From Candidatus Nomurabacteria bacterium (GTDB taxonomy: Bacteria; Patescibacteriota; Minisyncoccia; Phycocordibacterales; UBA918), in NCBI GenBank assembly GCA_023898565.1, contig CP060228.1:304594-368593 (forward strand): 64,000 bases of DNA. The letters run 5' to 3'. Of the stretch, positions 37,951 through 47,940 are shown one piece after another (position 1 is the stretch's first letter; every line of letters begins with the position of its first letter). The translations under genes were made by a program, and so were the position numbers. The notes under the pieces were generated by a model that was not told where the DNA came from, searched no databases, and worked only from the letters and a program-made list of their open reading frames with translations.

Positions 37951-38715
37951 ATGAACACAACCGCCATTATTGCTGCCATTGTCGCCCTCATTGGAGGCTG
38001 GGCAGCCGGAACCACTATTACCAACAACGACACAAATGCACGCGTTGAAGCGACGCGCACCCAAATACTTGCCGAAGCGCCACAAGCCGCTGATTATGTT
38101 TCGCTTCGACCGGAAGTTGCTACTCTACCGAACGAAACATTGTCTGAGGAAGAAATCGCTGGACTACTCTTTATGCGTGAAGAAGAGAAGCTCGCTCGAG
38201 ACGTATATCAAACTCTCTACGAAACGTGGCATATTCGCACCTTTGCAAACATTGCGCAAAGTGAACAAACGCACACCGAAGCAGTTCGAGACTTATTGGA
38301 GAAATATAATCTAGATGATCCAGTGACTGACGACACAATTGGCGTCTTTACCAACGAAACGTTGGCTAATCTCTACATTGGCTTAGTCACCAAAGGCAAG
38401 CAATCGGAAGTTGATGCGTTAATTGTTGGCGCGACCATTGAAGATCTCGACATCAAGGATTTGCAAGAGCAACTTGCATTGACTGACAATGCGGACATTA
38501 CTCTAGTCTACGAGAACCTAACTCGTGGCTCACGCAATCACCTGCGTTCATTTACCAAGCAACTTACCATGCGTGGTGAGACGTACGCTCCGCAGTATAT
38601 TAGCGCAACAGAATATGAATCAATCGTCGATAGTGCTACGGAAACCGGTATGGGTAGTGGCACGATGCAAAACAACCAATCTGGACGCGGCTGGGGTATG
38701 GGACGAAATCGATAG
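37951..38715 (+). CDS. DUF2202 ferritin-like domain protein (secreted/anchored)
   Basis: N-terminal TM. Duplicated ferritin-like helices (EEEIAGLLFMREEEKLARDVY ... AQSEQTHTEAV). G/M-rich C-terminus. Confidence 0.65.
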   Translation: MNTTAIIAAIVALIGGWAAGTTITNNDTNARVEATRTQILAEAPQAADYVSLRPEVATLPNETLSEEEIAGLLFMREEEKLARDVYQTLYETWHIRTFANIAQSEQTHTEAVRDLLEKYNLDDPVTDDTIGVFTNETLANLYIGLVTKGKQSEVDALIVGATIEDLDIKDLQEQLALTDNADITLVYENLTRGSRNHLRSFTKQLTMRGETYAPQYISATEYESIVDSATETGMGSGTMQNNQSGRGWGMGRNR

Positions 38716-38757
38716 AGCCCGAACGCAAAATAATAAAACCGCCCGAAGGCGGTTTTA

Positions 38758-39066
38758 TTATTTTGCGTTCTTTACGCGTGCAGTAAGACGAGACTTCTTG
38801 CGGTCTGCAGTGTTGCTTTTGATAACACCACGCTTCGCTGCCTTGTCGATTGCCTTGTATGCAGTTGGCAAAAGTTCTTTTGCTTTTGCTGCATCACCAG
38901 CTGTTACCGCTTTTTGGATAGCCTTTTCAGCGTCCTTCATTGCGCTTTTACGACGGATGTTGAACACCTTCTTGCGCTCTGACTGACGATGGGCCTTTTC
39001 TGCTCCTTTGGTAATTGGCATATATTTTTTATCTAAAGTGCGACTACTGTACCGTAGGACTACCAA
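38758..39066 (-). CDS. rpsT: 30S ribosomal protein S20
   Basis: MPITKGAEKAHRQSERKKVFN... is S20-like. Confidence 0.85.
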   Translation of the reverse strand: MVVLRYSSRTLDKKYMPITKGAEKAHRQSERKKVFNIRRKSAMKDAEKAIQKAVTAGDAAKAKELLPTAYKAIDKAAKRGVIKSNTADRKKSRLTARVKNAK

Positions 39067-39095
39067 AAAGGCAAGGGTTTGGGTTTCATTTCTGG

Positions 39096-39195
39096 CTTTG
39101 TGCGGCGGGCATATTTTTCACACGCTCCGATGTTTGCCCAGCCACTTGAGCACTTGTTCCCCGCGGACGCTCAAAATATGCCCGCCGCACAAAGC
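39096..39195. promoter_or_regulatory. Perfect 23-bp inverted repeat pair with 54-bp spacer in rpsT/ruvA divergent region
   Basis: gctttgtgcggcgggcatatttt ... aaaatatgcccgccgcacaaagc. Confidence 0.6.
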
Positions 39196-39236
39196 ATTTT
39201 GGTCAATATCTATATCTCCGGTACAATAGAACCACT

Positions 39237-39812
39237 ATGATTCGAATGATTACTGGGACAATTGAAGACATTGGCGAAAACTGGCTGGTGGTGAATGTGC
39301 ACGGCATCGGCTACCTCGTCGCTTGCCCTACCCTGCAAAACAACTTCCAAGAAAACAGCACCGTCACCCTCCACACCTACCTCGCTGTGCGCGAAACTGC
39401 GCTCGATCTCTACGGCTTCCCGCAAAAGTCAGAGCTCGAAATGTTCGAGTTACTCCTTGGTATTCCTAAAGTCGGTCCAAAGTCGGCTCTTCAGATTATG
39501 ACGCAAGCCTCACCCACCCTCCTCGTTGAAGCGACGCAAAAGGGCGATGCTGTCTACCTACACAAACTATCTGGTCTTGGCAAAAAAACCGCGGAAAATA
39601 TTGTTGACTACCTCAGCAAGAAGCTCGACAAGCTACCTCAGTCAATTGCCACACCAACCGATAACCTATCGGCTGTCCAGACCGACGCGATTGATGCGCT
39701 TGTATCACTCGGCTACGACATGACCACCGCTCGAGAAACCATTCTTGAAATCACAACCGAGGACGCAACAGTAAACTCACTCGTAACGCGAGCGCTAAAA
39801 GCGATTAATTAA
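39237..39812 (+). CDS. ruvA: Holliday junction DNA helicase RuvA
   Basis: MIRMITGTIEDIG...NWLVVNVHGIGYLV N-terminal OB domain. HhH motifs. Confidence 0.85.
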   Translation: MIRMITGTIEDIGENWLVVNVHGIGYLVACPTLQNNFQENSTVTLHTYLAVRETALDLYGFPQKSELEMFELLLGIPKVGPKSALQIMTQASPTLLVEATQKGDAVYLHKLSGLGKKTAENIVDYLSKKLDKLPQSIATPTDNLSAVQTDAIDALVSLGYDMTTARETILEITTEDATVNSLVTRALKAIN

Positions 39813-39817
39813 TATAA

Positions 39818-39852
39818 ACCAAACGGCCGGGCTTTAGCCCGGCCGTTTGGTT
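39818..39852. terminator. Bidirectional terminator
   Basis: aaccaaacggccgggctttagcccggccgtttggtt. Confidence 0.75.
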
Positions 39853-39858
39853 TATGGT

Positions 39859-42800
39859 TTATATTTCTTCTACGTCCGGCACCATTTCCACTCGTTCTTT
39901 CTCAATGAAAGTTGTCCCGGTAATAGGCTCAGTACAAGTTAGCAGATATTCACCGGTGGCGGTAAGCGGCATCGTGGTAAACGAATCAGTATACGCAGGA
40001 CCAGTCATCAACGTATTGAATGACTGATTAAGTCCTCCAGGGCCTTGTACAGCACATTGCAATTCATACGTTACATTCACCCCCCAATCAATACTTGCCG
40101 ACTGTCCGTTTCGAATCAGTTCCCTATCAGCACTAATAGTCATTGGCGGCCGAGGAACCGGGAGTGTGATTGTGGTACAGCTTGTATTATTAGTGTAATC
40201 GCTTGATGCTTCTGGATAGTTATCTGGTGTTCCATCAAGGTTCACTCGACTACAAACAGTGTGCGTACCGAACGGCACATTGTCGATTACTCGAGTAAGC
40301 GTTGGAGAATCACTTGGTACCGGAAGTCCTAAGCCGCCATTAAACAAACCTACACCACTTTCTATGTCTGGCAGACCAAATACCGGCATTACTTCTAACA
40401 CCGCTTTGTAAGAAATGTTACTCGACGGCACTAGTTCACCAGGGCCAATATTTCTGACCACAATGAGGACCGGAAGGTTATCATACTGCCCATTTACATT
40501 GTCTTCGGTAGCACTTCCAATGCTCACTGCCGGACTTCCAGACTCAAGATCAACCATTGGCGAACACCAACCATCGGTGTCTGGGCCATAACCAGGCGGA
40601 GCTTCAATTGATGAACCAAAGCTGCCAAACGTACCATCATCAATACACTGACCGACGCCAATGGTCGTCTCTGCACTCAAGCTCGTTTTATACGGCACGT
40701 AAATATTAAGCTCCTCTTCATCGACCTCACCATCACCCGTTCTCCAACACCCGAGCGTTAGCTTACTCGTAGTTGCGATTGGGATGCCATGGAAAGTATA
40801 CGAGTGTGAACCACTCGGAGTTCCGTAATTATTCGAGTCATAATATGGCGAAGCGGTGCTCTTAATTGCCCACCAGTCGTAGATGGACATGTCTGACAAA
40901 CGATACGCCGTGTGTGAGTTTGGCGCGCCCAAGCCCCCACCTCCACAAAATGTTGTATTTTCTGCAATCACCAGCACTGGCACTTCGTGTTGTGTAACCA
41001 CTGGGTTTACTTGTGGCGTCGCAATTGCTCCGGGAGCTCCAAAAGCAACTTCCTTGTGAGTACATCGCTCACCGTCATCGCGCGAAATACACTCCAAAGT
41101 AATTTCGTCATTATCTGCAATATCTACTCCAGTTGCAATTCTTTGTCTGGAGAAAGCACCAGACGAACCACAGCTGGTTATCGCTGGATTGATTGTTTTG
41201 TCAGTTTCCATACTACCAACCAGCACTCCCTCCACATACAAGTTGTAGGTGGAGGCACCGTCCACCTCATCGCACACGTTCACCCAGATGTCATACTCAT
41301 CCTCATCATTAAACGGGTGGTCAAAATTGAACGTAATACTATTAGTTGATTCACCCATAGGAATGTGTTCCAGGAAATCGTATCCAAGAGAGTACCCAAC
41401 ATTGCTAATACCAGTGGTGTACATGCGACTTGCTGACCATACAGTTGCATTACCATACAAATACAATTTTGGTGCTGGTGCAGCTTCACTTGGTTCACTC
41501 ACAAGTAATAGTGTTTCAACCACTTCATGGCCATTGTCGATTTCCGCGGCGCTACTATAGGTACCCGCACCCTGTCTATCGTAATCACGCCAACAATCTG
41601 CCACCAAGCGTGTTGTAGTAGCCACTGATATGTTGTATGTGGAAGTTCCATTTCCGTTTAAAGTTCTTGTCCAGTTTGAGAGAGAGTACTCATTTGTGTA
41701 ATCACCACTGAGCGTACTAAACTGATACGCTTTCAAATAGCAGTAGCTTGCATACTCTCGGTAGACCTCAGCTGTTGCTGCCGCATATCCCGTTAAGGCG
41801 ACCTTAGTGGTTGGATTAGGACTAGCGGTAAGCGTCGCAGCAACCGGCGGCAAAGTTGAACGGTCCCAGGTATTAACATCACCCACATTACCTGGCATGT
41901 TCACGTTAATCAAAATTCGATCAGTTGATGATGTGGCCGGATATGGCACGCCACCAATGGTAACCGCTCCACGCGAACAGGTAACTTCAAATATTGTTGT
42001 GGTAGCAACTTGAATATTTGTAAATGAAAATGAGGTGTAGCTGGTTCCCGAATGAGACCACCCGCTAAGCGAGTATTCGGTGACTCCGTCAGGATAATAG
42101 GCACGCCTAGCACACGATGTTACGTTATTGGAGGTGTACCACACATCGACGTACGCATATCCGTACAACGCATCCCGCTCAACACTTGGATAATCCGGTG
42201 AACCAACCGTGACCATCGGGGCACCAGGCCCTGGCGGGTTAGACACATTAATTGTAATTGAGCCAGTATCCTCTGCTCCTGTATTGTCGTTATAGCAAGT
42301 GATATAAAACGTGGTTGTTTCGTGAATTTCGCGCGGATTACCATCATAGCGAATCCAGCCAGACGTGCCGAGTATATTTGAAACATCTCCCGAATACGTT
42401 TCAGTTACTGCGGTGGAAGAGGAAACACGGCTTACATATGAACAACGAGTTGCATTTACTGAAGACCAACGAACCAATGCGTTATCAACATGACCAGTAA
42501 GAGCGTTGTTAACCAAATCCAATCCTTGATCAACACTCATGGTAACAACTGGTGGATCAGTATTGACTGGAACCTCAGCAACATTAGCATCACAATTCAA
42601 AACGTAGTTTGTGGTGGAATTTGCTGGCGGGGTCACCATCATAGAACCTGTTTCAGGTAAGCTAGCAGTATTCACTGAAGTAAGCGGTGTTTGTCCAGAC
42701 ACTGAGTTGTCTTGAATAATGACACAGTTTGTAACAGGACCGTCTACGTACCACTCAAGTCGAAGTGGTTCATCATTCACAGCAGCAATAACCGGTTCGT

Positions 42801-42954
42801 TGTCCATGTTCTTTACCGTCAAAACCAAAACTGGTGCCGACGACGTTGCCTGTGCTGAGCCTACTTCAAATACAGCATCACTCCAAAATAGCGCAATAAC
42901 AAACAGTGTGACGACCGGGGCCAGTGCAAGCTTAACAAAAAAGGTACCATTCAT
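39859..42954 (-). CDS. Giant secreted/surface protein (1031 aa), N-terminally anchored
   Basis: N-terminal signal/TM. T/S/N/Y/G-rich, predicted beta-rich. No recognised catalytic motif. Confidence 0.55.
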   Translation of the reverse strand: MNGTFFVKLALAPVVTLFVIALFWSDAVFEVGSAQATSSAPVLVLTVKNMDNEPVIAAVNDEPLRLEWYVDGPVTNCVIIQDNSVSGQTPLTSVNTASLPETGSMMVTPPANSTTNYVLNCDANVAEVPVNTDPPVVTMSVDQGLDLVNNALTGHVDNALVRWSSVNATRCSYVSRVSSSTAVTETYSGDVSNILGTSGWIRYDGNPREIHETTTFYITCYNDNTGAEDTGSITINVSNPPGPGAPMVTVGSPDYPSVERDALYGYAYVDVWYTSNNVTSCARRAYYPDGVTEYSLSGWSHSGTSYTSFSFTNIQVATTTIFEVTCSRGAVTIGGVPYPATSSTDRILINVNMPGNVGDVNTWDRSTLPPVAATLTASPNPTTKVALTGYAAATAEVYREYASYCYLKAYQFSTLSGDYTNEYSLSNWTRTLNGNGTSTYNISVATTTRLVADCWRDYDRQGAGTYSSAAEIDNGHEVVETLLLVSEPSEAAPAPKLYLYGNATVWSASRMYTTGISNVGYSLGYDFLEHIPMGESTNSITFNFDHPFNDEDEYDIWVNVCDEVDGASTYNLYVEGVLVGSMETDKTINPAITSCGSSGAFSRQRIATGVDIADNDEITLECISRDDGERCTHKEVAFGAPGAIATPQVNPVVTQHEVPVLVIAENTTFCGGGGLGAPNSHTAYRLSDMSIYDWWAIKSTASPYYDSNNYGTPSGSHSYTFHGIPIATTSKLTLGCWRTGDGEVDEEELNIYVPYKTSLSAETTIGVGQCIDDGTFGSFGSSIEAPPGYGPDTDGWCSPMVDLESGSPAVSIGSATEDNVNGQYDNLPVLIVVRNIGPGELVPSSNISYKAVLEVMPVFGLPDIESGVGLFNGGLGLPVPSDSPTLTRVIDNVPFGTHTVCSRVNLDGTPDNYPEASSDYTNNTSCTTITLPVPRPPMTISADRELIRNGQSASIDWGVNVTYELQCAVQGPGGLNQSFNTLMTGPAYTDSFTTMPLTATGEYLLTCTEPITGTTFIEKERVEMVPDVEEI

Positions 42955-42965
42955 ATGCGTTTCAA

Positions 42966-44390
42966 TTATTGTAATTCACTGGTTGATAATTCTTTGCTCG
43001 ACGCAGCAGTCTCAACCCTCCCTCCTGGAAGCCTACGAAGCATAAGATACATTAAGAGCGCAGCCGCGATAACGATACCGGCATAAAACCAGAATGGTTT
43101 TTGCGCCGCCGCCGCACTTCCTACTTCCCCTGCTGTAATAATGTAACCGTCACAATTTTCACCCGCACGACACACAAAAGCCTGACTCAAGGTCTGCACC
43201 GGCACAAGCTGCCCGCGCACAATATCTTCGAAGCTCACCTCGTCACTTGACTCCACGTAAGAAGGAAACCGTAGCTGCAACAAATCTGTTTCCACCAACA
43301 GATTTGTTGCTTCAACCCCTGGTCGATATCGTATAAATCCGTGAGTTGAGACATCACTCGAATAGACAGTCTCTTCGGCCAAAACACTACCTTGATCTCT
43401 AACAGTAAATGTTACTCCTAGTTCTTCAGAAAAATCCGCCGTACCAGGCTCCTCTCCAACCACATCAACACACGCAACCACCTCTGCCTCTTCATCAAGC
43501 GGATAATCTGATAATCCGACCCGTGAAATATATGACCACCGTCCTTCATGCTCACCTGGAAGCGATATGGTGATGTGCTCAATTGGCTGCAGTACACCTT
43601 CAGTAATAAGCCCAGCGTAGACAGTGTGTTCGCCAGCTCCACCTTTTACGTTTCGGAGAATAGTTGCCTGTGTCGAAGCTGGCACGAGTGTTACGGCTGC
43701 CGTTTTTTCAGCTCGCACCGCAGCACCAAGCGGTATAAAACCTTCGGAAACAACAACTACTACCTTGGAATCTAGGAGCGGCAGAGAATCTTCGTTCTTA
43801 ACCTCAGCCTTCACAGTAAACGGGTTGGTTTGTGACTCTTTGGTCACCTCATCTGCTACTTTTAGAGAAATCACTGGCCCAAAAACGGCATTTGTTTGTT
43901 TACTCAGTATAACTCCGGATACTTTTGGTATTTGATTATTAAGGAGCGCACCCAAAACAGCCACCTCATCTCCTTGTACCGCAACCAAACGAGCTTCGTA
44001 ACCACCAAGCGCAACATTTTTTAGATTAAAATCTAGTGGAACCTCAATGGTGCTATACGGGAAAAGCTGGAAAGCTCCCGGTAAAACCGTCCAATATTTT
44101 GGATACACTCCATCCTTTTCAAATAGCGCAATCCCCACCCTCACACCACCAATGCTGTAGTTTGTTTGGTTTGAGATTGTTGCTGAAGAAAGCACTGTCC
44201 CATCAGTGGCCAACAAAGTTTCCATTCCCGACACTGAAATACTTGGAAATGATTCTATCGGGCAAGTGTACTGCTGTGTCAGCACTTCTGCTTCAACTAC
44301 TGAAAAAAATGCACTGAAAGCACTCGCCGCAACCAAGATACCGATTAAAAACCGGCTAATGGCTACTTGTACTGCACGTATATCTACCAT
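42966..44390 (-). CDS. Surface protein (474 aa) with N-terminal signal and C-terminal TM anchor plus basic tail
   Basis: C-terminus AAAAQKPFWFYAGIVIAAALLMYLMLRRLPGGR resembles a sorting-signal-like TM plus Arg tail without LPXTG. Confidence 0.55.
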   Translation of the reverse strand: MVDIRAVQVAISRFLIGILVAASAFSAFFSVVEAEVLTQQYTCPIESFPSISVSGMETLLATDGTVLSSATISNQTNYSIGGVRVGIALFEKDGVYPKYWTVLPGAFQLFPYSTIEVPLDFNLKNVALGGYEARLVAVQGDEVAVLGALLNNQIPKVSGVILSKQTNAVFGPVISLKVADEVTKESQTNPFTVKAEVKNEDSLPLLDSKVVVVVSEGFIPLGAAVRAEKTAAVTLVPASTQATILRNVKGGAGEHTVYAGLITEGVLQPIEHITISLPGEHEGRWSYISRVGLSDYPLDEEAEVVACVDVVGEEPGTADFSEELGVTFTVRDQGSVLAEETVYSSDVSTHGFIRYRPGVEATNLLVETDLLQLRFPSYVESSDEVSFEDIVRGQLVPVQTLSQAFVCRAGENCDGYIITAGEVGSAAAAQKPFWFYAGIVIAAALLMYLMLRRLPGGRVETAASSKELSTSELQ

Positions 44391-44506
44391 AGAACACCAT
44401 TAAAATTAGTAAATTCACTTACTACCATGATACGCGATTATATGGTACATATTGTTTTTTATGCACACGTGCAATGAACTAAAAACCAGCTTATACTAAG
44501 AAAATC

Positions 44507-45814
44507 ATGGAATTACTGAGACGAGCCCTGAAGGCAATTTTGCCCAAAAAACTATTCACCACTCTGCAGCCGTACTACCATTTAAGCCTAGCCTATGTTG
44601 GTTCACTCAAATATCACCACCCTTCTCGTAAGATTATGGTGATTGGTGTTACTGGGACCAAAGGAAAATCATCCACTACTGAGATTCTCGGCCACATTTT
44701 GCGAACCCATGGACATAAAGTAGCCACACTCTCCACTATTCAGTTTTCTATTGACGGTAAAACTGAGCGCAATCTGTTCAAGATGACCATGCCTGGCCGC
44801 TTCTTTGTGCAAAAGTTTCTACGTGATGCAGTCAACGCTGGCTGCACGCACGCCGTAATTGAAATGACTTCAGAGGGCGCACGGCAGCATCGTCATCGGT
44901 TTATTGATCTCGATGCGCTTCTATTTACCAATCTTACTCCTGAACATATCGAATCACATGGCTCATTTGAAAAATACAAACAAGCCAAGTTGTTACTTGC
45001 TAAAGCCGTAGCAGATTCACCTAAGCGACCTCGGTACATTGTTGCTAACATAGATGACGAGCATGGCACTGACTTCCTTGCCTTTCAGGTTGAGCAAACT
45101 ATCCCCTACTCACTCAAAGATCTTTCTCTGTACACACTTCACAAGGACAGCGTCAGTTTTGTGTTTGAAAACACCACCATGCGCGTGCCGCTCGTAGGAC
45201 TTTTTAATATCTACAACTGTCTTGCTGCTATCACATTCGCACGGAGTATTGGCGTATCACTCGAAACAATCCAAAATGCATTACATGATCTTCCGCCTCT
45301 GAAAGGTAGAGTAGAACTATTTAAAAGCCCAGCCTTGGCCAACAAGCGATTTACTGCGGTGGTAGATTATGCACACACACCTGATTCCCTTACTAAGCTA
45401 TACGAAGCTTTTGCTGATAAACCAAAAGTCTGTGTACTAGGCAACACCGGCGGTGGTCGCGACACATGGAAGCGTCCAGAAATGGGTGCTATCGCTGAAC
45501 GTTTTTGTGATGAGATTATTCTCACAAACGAGGACCCTTACGATGAGGATCCGGCAAGGATTATTACTGACATGAAAAAAGGCATGAGCGACACTGCTCC
45601 ACTAACAGTGATCATGGACAGACGTGAAGCAATCAAAACAGCATTTGAAAAAGCTGTTGAAAATTCCTGTGTGCTTATTTCTGGCAAAGGTACCGACCCA
45701 TACATAATGGGGCCGAATGGAACCAAGACTCCTTGGAGCGATGCTCAGGTTGTCCAAGAACTTCTGGCAGACCTTGCCGACAGTAAGACTACCGCGGAAT
45801 CTTCACTTCCTTAA
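44507..45814 (+). CDS. Mur ligase family protein (MurE-like UDP-MurNAc-tripeptide ligase)
   Basis: P-loop VIGVTGTKGKSST and the three-domain Mur ligase layout. Confidence 0.7.
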   Translation: MELLRRALKAILPKKLFTTLQPYYHLSLAYVGSLKYHHPSRKIMVIGVTGTKGKSSTTEILGHILRTHGHKVATLSTIQFSIDGKTERNLFKMTMPGRFFVQKFLRDAVNAGCTHAVIEMTSEGARQHRHRFIDLDALLFTNLTPEHIESHGSFEKYKQAKLLLAKAVADSPKRPRYIVANIDDEHGTDFLAFQVEQTIPYSLKDLSLYTLHKDSVSFVFENTTMRVPLVGLFNIYNCLAAITFARSIGVSLETIQNALHDLPPLKGRVELFKSPALANKRFTAVVDYAHTPDSLTKLYEAFADKPKVCVLGNTGGGRDTWKRPEMGAIAERFCDEIILTNEDPYDEDPARIITDMKKGMSDTAPLTVIMDRREAIKTAFEKAVENSCVLISGKGTDPYIMGPNGTKTPWSDAQVVQELLADLADSKTTAESSLP

Positions 45815-47273
45815 CCACCCAACCATCACCAAACACCACTGTGTCCATAGGCACAATTGCCCCGTTTGGAGCATAGGTTTTCCCTGCAACATAGTTTCCG
45901 GAACTTGTAATATAAATACCATTCCACATCGCTTGCACTTTGAGCATAACATCCGTTTCATGCCACCACATAACCGGTTCATGAAACCATTGGTGTGATA
46001 TTGGATGTGCCACAAACGGTACTTGTGGTTTTTCTCTCAAAACAGTCCGTACACCCGTAGGAGCCACTACTTCAAAACAAAGTAAAATTCCTGGCGATGC
46101 TTCAGGCAACGTACTTTGATTGGTGCGAGGCCCAACCTCAAGTCGAATTCGATTATCTACATACGACATAAAGCTGGCCGAACCGAACCACGAAAATAGT
46201 GTTGAATAAAAGTACGGAATAAACTCCCCTTGCGGCACTAGATACCGCTTATCCACTATCGAGATACTCCTGTCTCGCGGATCTAACACTGCCGCTTCAA
46301 CCACTGGCTGACCTCGATACTCAGTCGCACCGCTATCAATTAGAATAGTTTTACTGTTAGGATAATTACTCCAGAATTGTTGTGCCCCTCTACTAAGAGG
46401 ATACTCATGCTTAAGAAAATTAGCCCCTTCGGGTAAAACCAAATAATCAGGATCATCTTCCAGTGCTACTGCTACTCCTGCGGATAATTTCTGATGAATT
46501 ATCTCTTTACCTCCGTCACCAAGAAACAAATTTCGCTCAAACTGCGTATCAATGATTCGTACCACGTAAAAATCACCTTCTATGGTAGGCGGTGTCGGCT
46601 GACCAACAAAACCAGTAACAAATAGCAACAACAGTACACCAACAGCTGCTTTAGGCTTATTTTTAAGTGTCCATACTATAAAAGCCAGTACAAAAAAGAG
46701 TGCACTGAGTCCATACACTCCCGCCACGCGAGCCATTTGTAGCAACCATGCGTGTTCAGCTAAAATATAGCCACTATACCCAACACCGTACGTGGTGTTA
46801 ACATCACCACCTGGACCAAGCATCATGAGTGAGAAAAAGAACGAGCCAAAAATCTCACTTACCACCCACACGAGGGGTAATATCACTACTGCCCAATATC
46901 GTGGCAACATTTGAAACTGTTTTTGATACACCCGAATTCCAATCACGGCCAGAAGCCCACCAACCCCCAACCAAAGTGAAAGCGTCAGCCAAGAAAAGCC
47001 AATCAGAAGGATTTGTGCAGTAGTGGTAACTTTCACCGAGAGCCACTCAATTGGATATGTAGTTAGCATATGACAATTAGCAAAAGCGTACTTAATTGCC
47101 CAAGCTAGCCAGCCACCAAGTGGCGCAAGACGACTCCTGTCTTCAAAACTACGCCAGATAAAGACACCGCCACCAACAATGCCCAACACCCACATCAACG
47201 GTAAAACAAGAGCTATTCCAAGCAGCACACCCGACAACACCCACCACCAAAGAGATTGCTTACACCACATCAT
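45789..47273 (-). CDS. lnt: Apolipoprotein N-acyltransferase-like (multi-TM + CN-hydrolase domain)
   Basis: N-terminal ~7 TM, then a nitrilase-like domain. KRYLVPQGEFIPY resembles the Lnt HLVPFGEYVP motif. Confidence 0.7.
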   Translation of the reverse strand: MMWCKQSLWWWVLSGVLLGIALVLPLMWVLGIVGGGVFIWRSFEDRSRLAPLGGWLAWAIKYAFANCHMLTTYPIEWLSVKVTTTAQILLIGFSWLTLSLWLGVGGLLAVIGIRVYQKQFQMLPRYWAVVILPLVWVVSEIFGSFFFSLMMLGPGGDVNTTYGVGYSGYILAEHAWLLQMARVAGVYGLSALFFVLAFIVWTLKNKPKAAVGVLLLLFVTGFVGQPTPPTIEGDFYVVRIIDTQFERNLFLGDGGKEIIHQKLSAGVAVALEDDPDYLVLPEGANFLKHEYPLSRGAQQFWSNYPNSKTILIDSGATEYRGQPVVEAAVLDPRDRSISIVDKRYLVPQGEFIPYFYSTLFSWFGSASFMSYVDNRIRLEVGPRTNQSTLPEASPGILLCFEVVAPTGVRTVLREKPQVPFVAHPISHQWFHEPVMWWHETDVMLKVQAMWNGIYITSSGNYVAGKTYAPNGAIVPMDTVVFGDGWVVKEVKIPR

Positions 47274-47721
47274 GATAGAGCACGATTCCAGCAGTTACCG
47301 AAACGTTTAGCGATTCTTTTTTACCGAGCATAGGAATATCTACTATTGTAGCAGCTGCTTTAAGCGCCGCCTCACTCACTCCCTCCACTTCATTCCCAAG
47401 CACGTATGCCACTCGATCAGGAACTTTGAACTGCTTTAATGAAATCGACTGCGAAGCAATCTCAACTGCGACCAGCACAATAGCTTCTGCTTCCAGATAT
47501 GCAACAAGCTCCGCAACAGTCTCAAAATACCGCCAAGGAATCCACTCACTGGCACCTAATGATGTTTTCTGAATCTCTTTTTGCATGCGACCAAATCGAT
47601 CAATTGGAGCAGGAGTGTATCCAACCAAAAAAATCTCATCAACCCCTGCCCCATCAGCCGTCCGGAAAACCGAACCGACATTATGCGCACTTCGTATATT
47701 TTCTAAGACGACACATTTCAC
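47260..47721 (-). CDS. SpoU/TrmH-family tRNA 2'-O-methyltransferase (TrmL-like)
   Basis: 153 aa SPOUT fold with C-terminal LNVSVTAGIVLY. Confidence 0.8.
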   Translation of the reverse strand: MKCVVLENIRSAHNVGSVFRTADGAGVDEIFLVGYTPAPIDRFGRMQKEIQKTSLGASEWIPWRYFETVAELVAYLEAEAIVLVAVEIASQSISLKQFKVPDRVAYVLGNEVEGVSEAALKAAATIVDIPMLGKKESLNVSVTAGIVLYHDVV

Positions 47722-47834
47722 TTCACTAGACTATCATTTCAAAGTATCAATAAGGGTTTGATTTACCAACTCAACGTGTTATAGTTTTGCCACTTAAAAA
47801 GTCGCGCTCCTTCAAACGTGACTACTTAAGAAAC

Positions 47835-47907
47835 CCGCCCATAGCTCAGCCGGTAGAGCAGCGGCCTTTTAAGCCGAGGGTCCCAGGTTCGAGTCCTGGT
47901 GGGCGGA
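47835..47907 (+). tRNA. tRNA-Lys (anticodon TTT)
   Basis: Acceptor CCGCCCA/TGGGCGG, anticodon loop CTTTTAA, T-loop TTCGAGT. Confidence 0.8.
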
Positions 47908-47940
47908 CAATAGTAGAACTCTGGGGTTTCATACATATAT

